A DNA stretch of 63,871 bases, filler included, from Rhabdomonas costata (GCA_019059605.1; 54 parts of 54 records of this genome joined end to end with filler, not necessarily neighbours in it), one strand, 5' to 3'; shown: positions 38,018 to 50,214, counted from the whole stretch's first letter. Numbers and translations: made by a program. The notes: a model not told the origin generated them from the letters alone.

Positions 38018-38421
38018 TTCAGTCATCTCACCCTTGAATGAATGAATGCTTTCTCATCAACGCATCTTCAAGGATACACACGTGGTCGCAGATGTTTGAG
38101 CATTTTCGCGCATGTCGTCGGCTCTGGAGAATTCAGAGCTAGGTAAACGTAAGCGGATGATACCTTGGGTGTCGGGTTTCCACGAACCAGATTCATTCAG
38201 TCAGAGCATCAGAACAACTCACACCCTCGGGTGGTAGGGGTGGTGGCGCGTGTTGTTTTTGATTCGACTTGTGTACTTTCATTTTGTCATTATCTGTTTC
38301 TCCGTTGTGGCTGGTTTACTGGTTTTGGGTTTTACACATTCGACTTACCTAATCAAGCGTGTTTGATTAGATTTGACTTTTCACCACGTCCCTTCCACAA
38401 AGCTCGACTCTTTGGTTTCAG

Positions 38422-38534
38422 GTTTTACTTCGATGTGTGAGAGCACCCCCTCGGAGGTGCTTGTTGACCTCATGGGGGAGTACTTTCAGACGATGTGCGA
38501 AGAGATCCTCTCCACGGGAGGAGTTCTTGACAAG
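38422..38534 (+). CDS. Class III adenylate cyclase exon
   Basis: cag|GFTSMCESTPSEVLVDLMGEYFQTMCEEILSTGGVLDK|gt. Confidence 0.9.
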
Positions 38535-41468
38535 GTAGGTGGGAGCGAAAATGACCAGTTCCGACGTCTTTAGATGTCGAGACCACTTGTCGACCGCGGA
38601 AGGAGTGGCGTGCATCTTGTATCTTTTCTCACTTCATCATGCAGTAAGGATAGTTACACCCAAAACTCAGAGGAACGCATGTGAACCTTCTAACCTCAGA
38701 CCCTACATACCATCGTCTTCAGCAGGACCATTATGTGGTCCCCCTGGACCCACCAGGACTATTATGATACCCCCTGTCCTTTTCGTTCGCACCGGTATCT
38801 GGAATGGTACCACTTGGCTCATAAGCAAGTTATGTGGCGAGTGGTACTTGCACGTGTTGTTGTTTTTAGGTGATGATTGGTGGCGTTCCAGTCACCCAAA
38901 TTAAAAGGTCAAAAACCAATAATCTAGTAGTTTTGACTTTAAGTGTAACGTACTTTAGGGTCGGGATTTCGCCGATATAAACTCTACCCCAAACCCNNNN
39001 NNNNNNNNNNNNNNNNNNNNNNNNNNNNNNNNNNNNNNNNTTAATTAATTAANNNNNNNNNNNNNNNNNNNNNNNNNNNNNNNNNNNNNNNNNNNNGTGG
39101 AGTTTTGGTCGCGCCGAATGATGACTTTTTCTCACTTCTTTTCTTTCTCACTTCTGAGCAGTCTCCGGGGTGGCCCCAACGGGCTTCAGCGGGGCAGGCG
39201 CGAGAGCATGGGGATGCTTGGGGGTGCGGCTGGTGAAGTACAGCACCGCCAAGGAACCGGCATAGGTCAGCGCTGTGTCCCAACCCGAAGACACACAAGG
39301 TTTACCTAACACACATTTCCTGTGTCCGCATCCCAAAGTATGAGTATGAGTCGGCAAGATACAGTCCACAACGGGATCAGGTTGAAACGGTTTTCGAGGG
39401 GGGCGGTTGTGTTAGTAAGTACCAATCTTACACTACACTCCTCCCATCCTCCTATCCCGCGCTGCCTTCGCAGTTCCAAGGGGTACGCTTGACCAGTGGA
39501 GGGGCGGATATCAATTTTACTGCTACTTGTAGAATCGGTATGTTTTATATCGGTCCCCACGGTTAAGGAATTGCTGGACCCCACCTCGTTCACCCGCACA
39601 AACGCGTCTCACAAATCCTGCAGCCCAAGTCGGCCGCCACAATAAGACTATACGTGAGCCATGTTCAGGATCCACAACCACACAGCGTCATCGCTTGAAC
39701 CCCAAAGATTGAATTCGGGTGCATTGGGCCATTAATTTGGAACATGGGGGTCGCGACAGAGCGAGGCACACACTGGTGGGGAAGAAGGCCGGGTGCTTCA
39801 AGCCCCGCGTGCCAGCCTGGATCGCGGGCCAGAACTTCGGAGGGTTGTACGTGGCATAGGTCAGTCCCAAGCCCACGAGCGCCCTTGCAGCACACACAAA
39901 TGAACTTATATGGCCCCCCATTTTCCACACACGAATGCAGAAACGAACCATTCATGGATCTGGGAAACGGCGAGACGGAAAGAACATCGCACCTTAGAAA
40001 TTGCCACAGAAAGCCCAAAATAATGAAGCGAAGGAGTGGAGAGGGGAGGGATTGACCCCAAGGAGCCCCAGCTGGCCCCGTCACGGAAGCCAACCCTCTG
40101 GGAATGGGCCCAGGAGTGGCGGCTGAACCAGTCTGCTCCAAAGATGCCCCAGACTGTGAGTGCGGGGGCGGGGGCACCAAANNNNNNNNNNNNNNNNNNN
40201 NNNNNNNNNNNNNNNNNNNNNNNNNTTAATTAATTAANNNNNNNNNNNNNNNNNNNNNNNNNNNNNNNNNNNNNNNNNNNNTCACACTCCTGGAGGGTGT
40301 ACGGGTGAGGTGTAACTGGGAGGGGAACTGCAGCAAGAACTGGTGTGCGGGATGCGGGATGAAAGCTTCAATGGGGTGCGACGTCTAGTGGCGGTGACGC
40401 GGGCGGTAGATGTTGGGGGAAACAAAAACCACAGGGAGCGACGGACCCGGTCTGTTGGCACTAATGCACAGGATCGTAGCAACAAAGGGGCAAAAAAGGA
40501 GAGCGCAGTGTGTACGGGAGGCAAGAATGCCAACTGAAGCAGCACGTGTAAGCGCTTGTGGAGTTGGGCACAATCTATGGTCTATCGGGCAGAGCCGGTC
40601 TAGTATTCACAACCGGAGGAACCCACCAACCCAAGACCCAGCTTTCGGCCATTCGCTTGCGCAAGCCCCGCAGAAACTCGGCCCCACAGCGTCGGGTACA
40701 CTTCCGAGGGGGAGCCCCCGACTCCACCCGGTAGCGCCGGAACAGATCACTCGTTTGTATTGGAATTTCAAAAAAGCCGCAAAGGGTCACTACAACCGGC
40801 TGAGGTGCAAAGGTTAGGGGTTTGGGAAACCCCTGACCCCCAAGCAGGGTTGCATTGAACTGTGACCTTTAAACTTTCTTTTTGTCAAGTTGAACGTCGT
40901 GTCCCACGTTGAACTTTGAGGGTTTTTTTGTGAGGTTTTTTGATTTTGAAATGAGAAAGATCACTGCGGCAGCGCACAGAGTGTCCAGGGTCCGCGGGCA
41001 GGCAAGGAAATCATTTGCACTGGTGAGCAAGCGAAACAAAAGATCGGCGTGGGAAAGCATAGAGAGCTCATCCAGCAGTCTGTGGTGAAAGCAAAGAAGC
41101 AAATGCCATCTTAAACAGGAAAGGGTGGTGGGTGATGAAGCGAGAGGGTGGGGTCGGATAATGGGGAAGAGAACGAGAGCAGAAAGAGCGGTGTGTGAGG
41201 AGGAAACGGAACGCTTTCACAGCGGTGGAGGACGTAAGGACGTACACACACAAAGGGAAGAATAAGGGTGGGACTAGGGGCACTGTTCACACGATAGAAT
41301 TACCTGTGGGTGGAAAAAGAACACGAATTAGGGGAAAGAAAAGCGTGCGAATAGTGCCCCAACCACNNNNNNNNNNNNNNNNNNNNNNNNNNNNNNNNNN
41401 NNNNNNNNNNTTAATTAATTAANNNNNNNNNNNNNNNNNNNNNNNNNNNNNNNNNNNNNNNNNNNNGG

Positions 41469-41617
41469 GGTTTGGGTAGACCCCGGTCACCACGTAGAGG
41501 CCACAGATCATGTCAAAATTGGCAGAGCAGCCAACATCACCCTGTATGGTGTTGGCTGCTCTGCCAATTTTGACATGATCTGTGGCCTCTACGTGGTGAC
41601 CGGGGTCTACCAAAACC
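41469..41617. repeat. Contig-terminal fold-back inverted repeat, ~62-bp perfect arms
   Basis: 41475-41536 is the reverse complement of 41550-41611 and duplicates coding sequence of the adjacent exon. Confidence 0.95.
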
Positions 41618-42551
41618 GACTTTACTTCCGCAACAACGCATCGCAGCTCTTCATGTACTACCTTTCTGGGGAAGGCTGGCGAGTTGCCAGCACGCTTGGG
41701 GCTTCGGACTCCTTCCTGGCTTCCAATCCCGATCACGCCAACACCCCGTCGAATCTCAGCTCACTTTGGCTGTCGCGAACCATATTTGGTGTCCTTGCTC
41801 CCGACTCCAGCTTGCAGACTTCGTGCTCAGGTGTGGCACTCAGCATGGTCCCTCGCACGCGCAGGCGAGTGGTGAGGAGGGAGGGAGGGGTTGGATGCAT
41901 TTCCCCGGTTGAAGTTGGTTGGCGCAAACTCCGTTCGAAGATCACGTCCCCCCACCTCCGTTGAAGCCCCCATATTCATGTGATTAAAGCAGGTACAAAC
42001 CGAAGCATTCTGCCTCACCCCCGCTGCCCATATAAAGCACTTCTCGGCTGAGGGGTCGCATGGGCGAGATCTTTTTTTTGCCCCCCTGAACGTTTTCGTG
42101 TTGCCTATCTTTTAGATTCCACCGTGGATGGAATGTTCCTGCTGTACAAGAACTTCCGAGGATGCGTCCCTTTCTTACTGATCCCACCTATTTTTACCCT
42201 GGGCAGCCCTTGCAGTGGGCAATGGATTGGTGTGACTTGTGACGCCCAGAACCGCGTGGTTGGCGTCAACATCACAGGAAGAGATTGCTCTGGCCCGGTC
42301 GACCTCTCCGGACTTCAGCCTTTGCCCCTTGAGGAGTTGGACTTCAGCAGCAACAACCTTTACCTTGTGGGAGATGCTTCCCAACTACCGAGCGCGCTGA
42401 GGACTTTCATTTTTGGAGGCAACTTCTGGCAAGGTAATCTTGCCTCGGCTTTGTGGCCGCCCAATCTGGAGAACCTGGACCTCAGTCGGTGCAACATTCA
42501 CGGCACCATTGACCTTCTCCGGTTTCCTTCGTCCGTGCGTTACCACAACCC
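41550..42551 (+). CDS. Extracellular leucine-rich-repeat protein, partial; exons ~41550-41830 and 42116-42551
   Basis: PCSGQWIGVTCDAQNRVVGVNI (plant-type LRR N-cap), LEELDFSSNNL, LPSALRTF, PPNLENLDLSRCNIHGTIDL; the intron joins G|AT in frame. Confidence 0.85.
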
Positions 42552-42840
42552 NNNNNNNNNNNNNNNNNNNNNNNNNNNNNNNNNNNNNNNNNNNNTTAAT
42601 TAATTAANNNNNNNNNNNNNNNNNNNNNNNNNNNNNNNNNNNNNNNNNNNNTTTGTGGTGGAGCTCAAGAGAGTGGGGAACGAATGAAGTGCAAGCAAGG
42701 GGTTTTTGTCTCGGTTTGTACGGGCGTTTGTGCGGAGCAAAATTATTTTCATGTGGCAAATGGACACGAAAGAGCCGCCTTGGGACACCACTGCCGGTGA
42801 GGGTGAAAGGTCAGATGAATCCCGACCCCAAGGACAGGCC

Positions 42841-42906
42841 ACGCAGCGTTTCGGGAGGCCTGCTGTATATATAAAAGACCCCAGGCCTGCTTCGGCTTAG
42901 CCCTCT
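42841..42906. repeat. Dispersed ~66-bp element, copy 1 (inside the last NAE1 intron)
   Basis: Aligns by eye with 60220-60286 with about 10 substitutions and 1 indel. Confidence 0.85.
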
Positions 42907-42950
42907 CTGCTCCTGGGGGCTGAAATGTGTTTGCAACGGGAATTATACAG

Positions 42951-43136
42951 GTGGACGGGGATTACGTCCATGAGTGGACCCGCTACGGGGCGTCGGAGCT
43001 GCACAACATCAGCGCGGTGATGGGTGGGGTGGCCTCGCAAGAGGCTCTGAAGCTGCTCACCCGGCAGCGCGCCCCCCTGTGCAACACTTTGGTGTTCAGC
43101 GGAGTCTCGTGCACCTTCTCCACTTTTGACCTGTGA
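42951..43136 (+). CDS. NAE1: NEDD8-activating enzyme E1 regulatory subunit (APP-BP1/AXR1), terminal exon
   Basis: DYVHEWTRYGASELHNISAVMGGVASQEALKLLTRQRAPLCNTLVFSG...TFDL-TGA matches the NAE1 C-terminus. Confidence 0.92.
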   Translation: MDGDYVHEWTRYGASELHNISAVMGGVASQEALKLLTRQRAPLCNTLVFSGVSCTFSTFDL

Positions 43137-44353
43137 GGCCTGCGAGGCGTGTGGGGGGACGCCCAACAAGAGCACTTTTGCTACTCGTTTCTATCCGTAC
43201 CTGTTGAGAACTTTGTTCGTTCGCCTTGCCGGTGTCAATCGCTTTGCTTTGACTGGTGGTGTGGGGTTAGCTTGAAATTGGCTGGAAATCTCGCGGTGAC
43301 CTCCAGTGTCCCTCACAAGTGTTTCTCCACCGGTGCATCGGAGCATTATTGGAAAACATTTAGTCAAGATGAACAGAGGATGCACGCTCTGGGGCAGCCC
43401 AACCCCCTGGGCGCCTGAACCACTGTAATGAAGTGCCATGAGTTTTTCTGCTACAGCCTGAGTTTTGAGGGACCCCTTGCATACTGCCTGTGCCGTTTGC
43501 CACATTCCCGTGCACTCACAGTCTCACTCTCTCACACTAGCTGCTTTGTACTTTCCGTTCTTCCGATTTTGCTCTGTTTCTGAGCTTTCTTGAGCATTTT
43601 ATTAGTATTTCCCCTTTCATGAGATAATGTTCTACACGGACGCAGTAGACAACGGTGGTGCGTCTGTGGCTTCACCCCCCCCCTCCCATTTTTAGTTTGT
43701 GCTGCAGCCACCAAAAACCCCAAACACACCCACCACNNNNNNNNNNNNNNNNNNNNNNNNNNNNNNNNNNNNNNNNNNNNTTAATTAATTAANNNNNNNN
43801 NNNNNNNNNNNNNNNNNNNNNNNNNNNNNNNNNNNNTGGGTGCGCGTGAACTTCCTGAAATCGGCATTGGTAGCAAAGTATTACGCCACACAAAACCTAG
43901 CGTACCACTTGAAGGCGGGAGTTTCAACGCTGCAGGTTGCCTGATGGAGAGGCCCTCTTGAAGGAAATTGCCAGGATGGACCCCTTTTCCACAACTCGTT
44001 GTCCGTAGCGGCAAGGAAGACAAATGGAAAAGCGTCTAAAACATCCTTTTCCACGATGAGCTCGCGTCACTGAAGATGGAAATACCGAATCGTTAGATAA
44101 AGAAGTATTTCCCAGTATTCGCGCTGGAGCTCAAAAGTATCTGGGCGCTGATATCAGAATGGCTGCACCAGGCGCATCTGTGGGCTGTGAGGGTCTATGT
44201 AACCGGAGAAGGACTGGAGCACGCAAAGGAGAAGGACGAAGGGATGTCAGGAGCTGTAGTTCGATTGTGCGAAGGAGATTGGAGTCGCACACGGCCCGGA
44301 CGTCGGCATACAAACGCCAGTGGACTGTTGGCCGGGGTTGGTTTTTCCGCCAG

Positions 44354-44576
44354 CGAGACTTTCCGGCGATGGAGACGAGGTACCTTCGAGGTAGCCCTGA
44401 ATGCGACGAGTAAAGAAGAGCAACGGCGTGTAGCGGAAGTTCTTATGGTGAAGATTGAGGATGGTCCAATTAGCGTGAGTGAGTATGACATTGTGGTAAA
44501 CACGCAAGCTCTAGAAAGGCTGGTGGTTGATGTAACTCGGGTTGAAGAGATCCTTAACTTGATTTTTACCATCTCT
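44354..44576 (+). CDS. Exon, weakly resembling eukaryotic FtsX-like ABC permease proteins
   Basis: EQRRVAEVL...VVNTQALERLVVDVTRVEEILNLIFTIS leads into a hydrophobic segment; similarity is by recall only. Confidence 0.3.
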
Positions 44577-45059
44577 GTTGGCTACCCGTATTTACCCGTC
44601 GTGGGGGTGTTTTTGTCTGCCGTTGAAGCAATCTGTTCCTGGTTGGCTGATGGGGGTGCAGTAGGCCGATGTGATGTACTAGGGCGCAGGTGTGAGCGGT
44701 TCTCCGATGGTGCCGCTGTTCTTAGTTGGGCCAAACAACCACACGCAGCCTCAAGATGGCGTTCTGTGGTGTTGCGGATATTCGTGAAGTGGACGAACGT
44801 GGACATTTTCGAGTTACAGGCTGAAATGCCTCTCGCCGACTGGTGTGGCGTGATGGCGTCGACGTTACATGGTGATGTCGAAGTGCGGTCGGAGGCTGTG
44901 ATGGAGTAATCACACAACAAANNNNNNNNNNNNNNNNNNNNNNNNNNNNNNNNNNNNNNNNNNNNTTAATTAATTAANNNNNNNNNNNNNNNNNNNNNNN
45001 NNNNNNNNNNNNNNNNNNNNNGGGGGTGGTGTTGGGAGGTGAGCGGGTCATAACATACC

Positions 45060-45816
45060 TGCGGCGTGCGAGCTCCACCTCTCCCAAGCGGATTCGAGCT
45101 GCGGCCTTCCATTCCTCCTCTAGGCGATTCCGCTCTGCCCTCTGCGCAGCCAGAGTAGCCTCCTGAATTGCAGCGACGTCCTGGAGGCACAGGGCTTGCA
45201 GCCCACGCCAGGCCTGCTGCGCCGTGAACTCGACCTGCTCCCGAAAGAGCTGCTCCGCGCTGGAAAGCAGCAGTTTGTTCTGAGAACGAACGTGAGGGCA
45301 GAAATCCATACGCGCATTTCCTCTGCCTTTGAGTTCAGCAAACAAAATTGCTGCCAGTGTCGGCAGTGCGCGATCATGCAATACTGTATGTGCATGTGGA
45401 TCTTCCCGTCTTTTCGCAGCAAAAATACACAAACGCGAACAAAAAATACAGCTGTACCTGAGAAGAAAATACTGCGACTCCACATTTTGAATGTCACTCC
45501 CTCAAGAAACCAGGCAATCAGTGATTCGCAACCTTCCAAACACCTGTGAAACTGGAACTGGCTTAAATCGTCGCCAAGCAACGCGCACATAGTGTACCAT
45601 TCACATTGCTCGGCGACAGAGCAGCACGACATACTTCCAGCAGCAGCGCACAGTCCAGGAGGCTTCTTTGTGCGGCCTCCTCCTTGAGGATCTGGGCCTG
45701 TGTTTCTCGCTGGGAAAGTTGCGCACTGCTCGACCCCGGAGACACACTGCCAGGGACTGAGCCGATGTAGCACGCGGCGACGTACTCCCGGGCACTGTCC
45801 TGCAAAAGCTGGCGCC
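45060..45816 (-). CDS. Coiled-coil hypothetical protein, exons ~45816-45635 and ~45260-45060
   Basis: RQLLQDSAREYVAACY...ALLLE and AEQLFREQVEFTAQQAW...ELARR with cag/gt borders. Confidence 0.5.
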
Positions 45817-46206
45817 TGAAAGCACGGCAACGAGTTGCCCAAGAGGAGGAAAACTAGTGACCAACGTTTGCTCGCAAAGGTGCATGCAGGTAGGCGGGCT
45901 CTGTTCTTCTAAGCAAGGCGGACTCTTAACGTGCTCAACGTACATGAAGGCAAAGCACTGCAACTGGACAAAATGACCATCATCCAAACGAAGGAAAGGG
46001 GGCATCCGCATCAGTCCACATATCCGCCGCTAAAAACCTCCTTCCCACAGCACATCAAGAAGGTTGGTATCTGGTGACGGATTAATATGAGAAAGTCACC
46101 AAAACANNNNNNNNNNNNNNNNNNNNNNNNNNNNNNNNNNNNNNNNNNNNTTAATTAATTAANNNNNNNNNNNNNNNNNNNNNNNNNNNNNNNNNNNNNN
46201 NNNNNN

Positions 46207-47291
46207 ATGCTAGTGGGTGGTTTGTGTGGTGTCTTTGGGGCTTGGGTTCGCAGGTTCTGGGTTCGGCTTCAGTGTTTGTGGTGCTGGGAACGTCATCGGG
46301 GTTGCTTCTCTTGGAATTATGGTGTGAGTACTCAGTATCCTTGGTTGCGTAGTGCTAATGGTATCTTTATCTGTGTTCATTGCTTTTTCGACACGTATTG
46401 CTCTTGGGCAGGTGGTGTTGTATCCAGGATAGTCATTGTGGTTGGATGCGCGCATGTGTGTGGGTTTGATGGGCGTGGTGGGTTTGGTGCTTATGGGTTC
46501 GTGTGCTATTCTGCAGATTCTAGATTTCTTGCGTAGCTGGAAATTTCCCTGTGTTTCTGTGTACGTTGGGTGGTGGGAACGTTGCTGAGGGTCAGTGTGG
46601 TGTTGGAGGGGCTTTGAATGTACTTGGTGGTGTTGGGTACGATGCGACGTGTGGGTGTGTGGTTCTTGCTCTGGGTCGATGTGGGGTGGTGCTGCATGGG
46701 TGTGGGTCGATGGTGTGTATGGGATGTCTAGGTGGCAGGGGGTGTGGATGTGTGGGGTGTCGATTTCTTCTACGGGGTTGGAGTGTGCTGTGAGTGTGTA
46801 TTACTTTGTTGGAGGGTGTTGCTGTGAGTGTGGATTACTTGGGTGCTGTGGTGTGGATGTGTAGCGTGGGTGTGTCGTCTGCCTTCTTATAATCCGTATG
46901 TTCTTCTGTTGGTTGTCAATCTGTACTGTGTACGTGTGGATTCTGGAGCTGCTTGTATGTTTATGGGGTGTGTTGGAGGTGACTGTTGGTAGTGTGATTT
47001 GTGCATCGGAGAAGTGCTCCATTCTTGTTCTGTGTTGTGTTCTGCGATTCCTGTGGTTGCTTGGAGTAGGTGGAATGTACAGGTGTCCTTGGTGTCCTTT
47101 GTGTCTTATGCTGTGTAGGGGTTGGGTGCAATGGGAGGTGAGGGTATGTCATGAAACGAAAAGCACAAACACCTACAGCTACAACACCCACTCCTCCTCA
47201 TACACCGACACCACCCCTACTCCACTACCTACAGCACCAACTCCAACTCCAATACCCTACGCACCACCACCAACAACAACAACCAAAAAAC
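46207..47291. other. G/T-skewed low-complexity contig switching to A/C-skewed at ~47150; probable amplification artefact
   Basis: Extreme strand skew, no exon-like signal, and composition matching the G/T-only primer remnants at other contig ends. Confidence 0.55.
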
Positions 47292-47728
47292 NNNNNNNNN
47301 NNNNNNNNNNNNNNNNNNNNNNNNNNNNNNNNNNNTTAATTAATTAANNNNNNNNNNNNNNNNNNNNNNNNNNNNNNNNNNNNNNNNNNNNTGTGGTTGG
47401 TGGGAAATTCGTGGCGCCGCCACGTTCACGTCACTTTCTGTGATGGTGCATACGCTCCCGCTTCCCGTCCCCAACGATGTCAGAGTATTGCAACTAATCA
47501 ACAAAGAACACTTGATAATTGAGACCTGTGCTGCTGAAAGCACAGAGGACTGAAGCCTACCACTGAACCTTTGTCAAAGCAGGTTTCTTCTATCCAATTC
47601 TGTGTTTCCGTTTACTGTGGGAAAAGTCGGTCACGCTCGGAAGTGAGGCAGCAGGCCTGCCTTTTCAGGTGCACGGACTGTGGAGGGTGCTTCTTCGCTG
47701 TTCGCCTCCTCCCTGCGCCATACTGAAA

Positions 47729-47867
47729 ATGGCTGATGTGGACACTCTGCTTGAAGAGCTCGAGGCCGGACGTAGGTCTGCGGGCTGCAGCGGAACGGTC
47801 GGCAGCAGCGGCGGCAGTGGCAGCAGCGCTCCATGCGTTTCTGCAGCGCCTCCGCCAAAGAGAGTGG
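47729..47867 (+). CDS. First exon of a hypothetical protein
   Basis: ATG MADVDTLLEELEAGRR...PPKRV G|gtaagt (strong donor). Confidence 0.6.
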
Positions 47868-49761
47868 GTAAGTGTTTGGCTTTTTGTTGAATGACGCATT
47901 GGTGTGTGCGTGTTGTGTACACCGTTCAGAACCTGGAATTTTCGGTCAAACCAACAGGAACCACCGAAATTAGCTAGCGGTTGAAAGTCAGAATGAAAAG
48001 ACTTTAAATCAGAATTCGTGACGCTTAATAGGTACGGTAAACTTTCGATTTTTAACGCCGTTAAACAACTTTAGGAGTGGCTTATTTTAATTTTGTTTTC
48101 GTTTCATCATATGAAGCTCGATTTTTCCTCTCGCAGCCCCAAAAATTGCTAAGTTCAGACAATCCAGGCAAACTGGCTGAATGGCTTTCCAAAATGTCCA
48201 CTCCTGTCTCGTTTAGTCTGAACGCAAAATATGGCCATATGTGTTGACGCACCCATATTTTTTCGGGTTCAGTGCTCCTGTTTGCTCGTATGGGTACCGG
48301 GGAAATCCAACGAATAAATGGTACTGCATCCTGAAAAAGAATCCGGAAAACAGGGAGTTGATCTTCATTCGGTGTTTGATTCGTCTACACCCTTATAACT
48401 GTCTTCGTTTTGACCCTGTCCCCATTTCCTCTCTTTTTCGTAGCGTTCTAGCATTCTAGCGGGTTGCCTGGTTGAGNNNNNNNNNNNNNNNNNNNNNNNN
48501 NNNNNNNNNNNNNNNNNNNNTTAATTAATTAANNNNNNNNNNNNNNNNNNNNNNNNNNNNNNNNNNNNNNNNNNNNTACGCCCCGGTACGGCCGAGGCGG
48601 CTGTCTGCTTTCTCCGAGGATGGGGAGGAGGAGGGGAGGATTCCTGTGCTAAGGGTGGGGCCAGCCATGCCCCTTCCACACCTTCAGCCACTGAAGGCGG
48701 AGTAAGGGCTGCTTACGCCTGCGTCTGTACATGCTTTGCGGTTCGCGTTTCATTTGTGTTGGGTATCGGGGCTTTGGGCTTTGCTCGGTCGAACCCCGTG
48801 ATCCCTTTCTTCGAGCGAGGCTCGTGTTTTCGGTGGGACCAGAGGTTGGCGTGTGGGGGCACTCGTAACTGCGCTTGCTTTTCTGTGCCTTAGCTGCGCA
48901 CGGTTTGCTTGAGCTACAGGCGCACCTTTGAGTTTTCGAGCTTGGTACGTCTCTCGTGTGTGCGTGTTCGGCTGCGTCGTTTCTTTTGCTCTTCTTCGGC
49001 AGCGGAATTGCTCGAGCTCTTCCGCAGGGGGTTCTGGCGCTCGCAGCGCAGCCTGCGGTGAAGGCTTCCCTCCCCCTCTTGCTTTTCGGATCGGACCGAT
49101 CGCCACCCTTGTTCGCTCGATTGGCGATCGGTCTGCAAAGAGCAGAGCAGCGGGCCCTTGTAACCGTTTTTTTCTGTTCAGTTCTTCTCTGCCAGCTCGG
49201 TGCCGATTTGTGTCTGTTGGTGTGCGTGCGTATGTGGTCCTCGTCAGAGGTGGAAACTCTTTCCTTCTGTAGCGCATCCTCCCTTTGCCCACTGGTGTGA
49301 ACTTCAACTGCAGGAGTGTGTCTTGCTATCAGTGCAAGATTTTTTTTAGCGTCTTTCGGATGGGGAAACCATGTTTTTTGTGCTTTGATTACAATGCCCC
49401 CAACGCTCCCTGGGCCTGGAACGTTCACCCCAAGCATAATGAAAATGTGGGGTTTGGTAGTCTTGGTGCGGAATTATAATGATGTTCACCAGATGAAGTT
49501 GCTGCGAGGATTATTAATATCCTGCAGATTTTTGTTTGGAGGTTCATAACATAATCCTGGGTGTGGGGAAACGTGTGTCATGCTTGAGCTTAGTTTTCCG
49601 AGCTGATTTCCTCCGCTTTGGTCCAAAATAATGGATGGTCCCAGTTAAAGCCCCTGTTGCGNNNNNNNNNNNNNNNNNNNNNNNNNNNNNNNNNNNNNNN
49701 NNNNNTTAATTAATTAANNNNNNNNNNNNNNNNNNNNNNNNNNNNNNNNNNNNNNNNNNNN

Positions 49762-49787
49762 GTGTGGGTGTGTTTGGGTTTGGGTTG
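49762..49787 (+). other. WGA universal-primer remnant
   Basis: GTGTGGGTGTGTTTGG followed by G/T-only bases; the reverse complement CCAAACACACCC is at 43720-43731. Confidence 0.8.
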
Positions 49788-50116
49788 CATGCATATTCTC
49801 CTTTATAAATTGAGCGCAGGGGATGGAGAAGAGGGAAACGCTGTGAAGGCCATGAAGGGGAGGCCAGCCATCGCTTCATTCTCACTGGCAGCTGACCTTT
49901 CGGTGCGAAGGCGTTAACTGTGCCCGGGCCCAAAGGAATGGCAAGGCCAATCCTTTCTTTTCTTTCACCCTTCCTGGGTTAGACGTTTACAGCCTAGTTT
50001 GAGAATGCCTGTGCAGTTTCCACAGTTATCAGATAAAGTGTCTGCGTGCTGAGGATTGTGGTTTGTTTTCCGTTTTCCACCACAATGCAGTGCATGTTTG
50101 TCGTTCCTTTTTTCAG

Positions 50117-50214
50117 ACCTCCGGGACGTATTCCAGTCCACGTATGTTTTCGGCGAGCAGCAGATCACATGTCTGATGTACCAGCTGCTGTTCGCCCTGC
50201 TGTACATTCACAGG
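50117..50214 (+). CDS. CMGC/MAPK-like protein kinase exon (subdomains V-VIa)
   Basis: DLRDVFQSTYVFGEQQITCLMYQLLFALLYIH matches the DL...YQLLxxLxYIH pattern. Confidence 0.8.

Noticed and set aside
48649..49437. 262-aa ORF on the minus strand
   Set aside because: Antisense to pyrimidine-rich intron sequence with small plus-strand exon candidates; composition is not protein-like.
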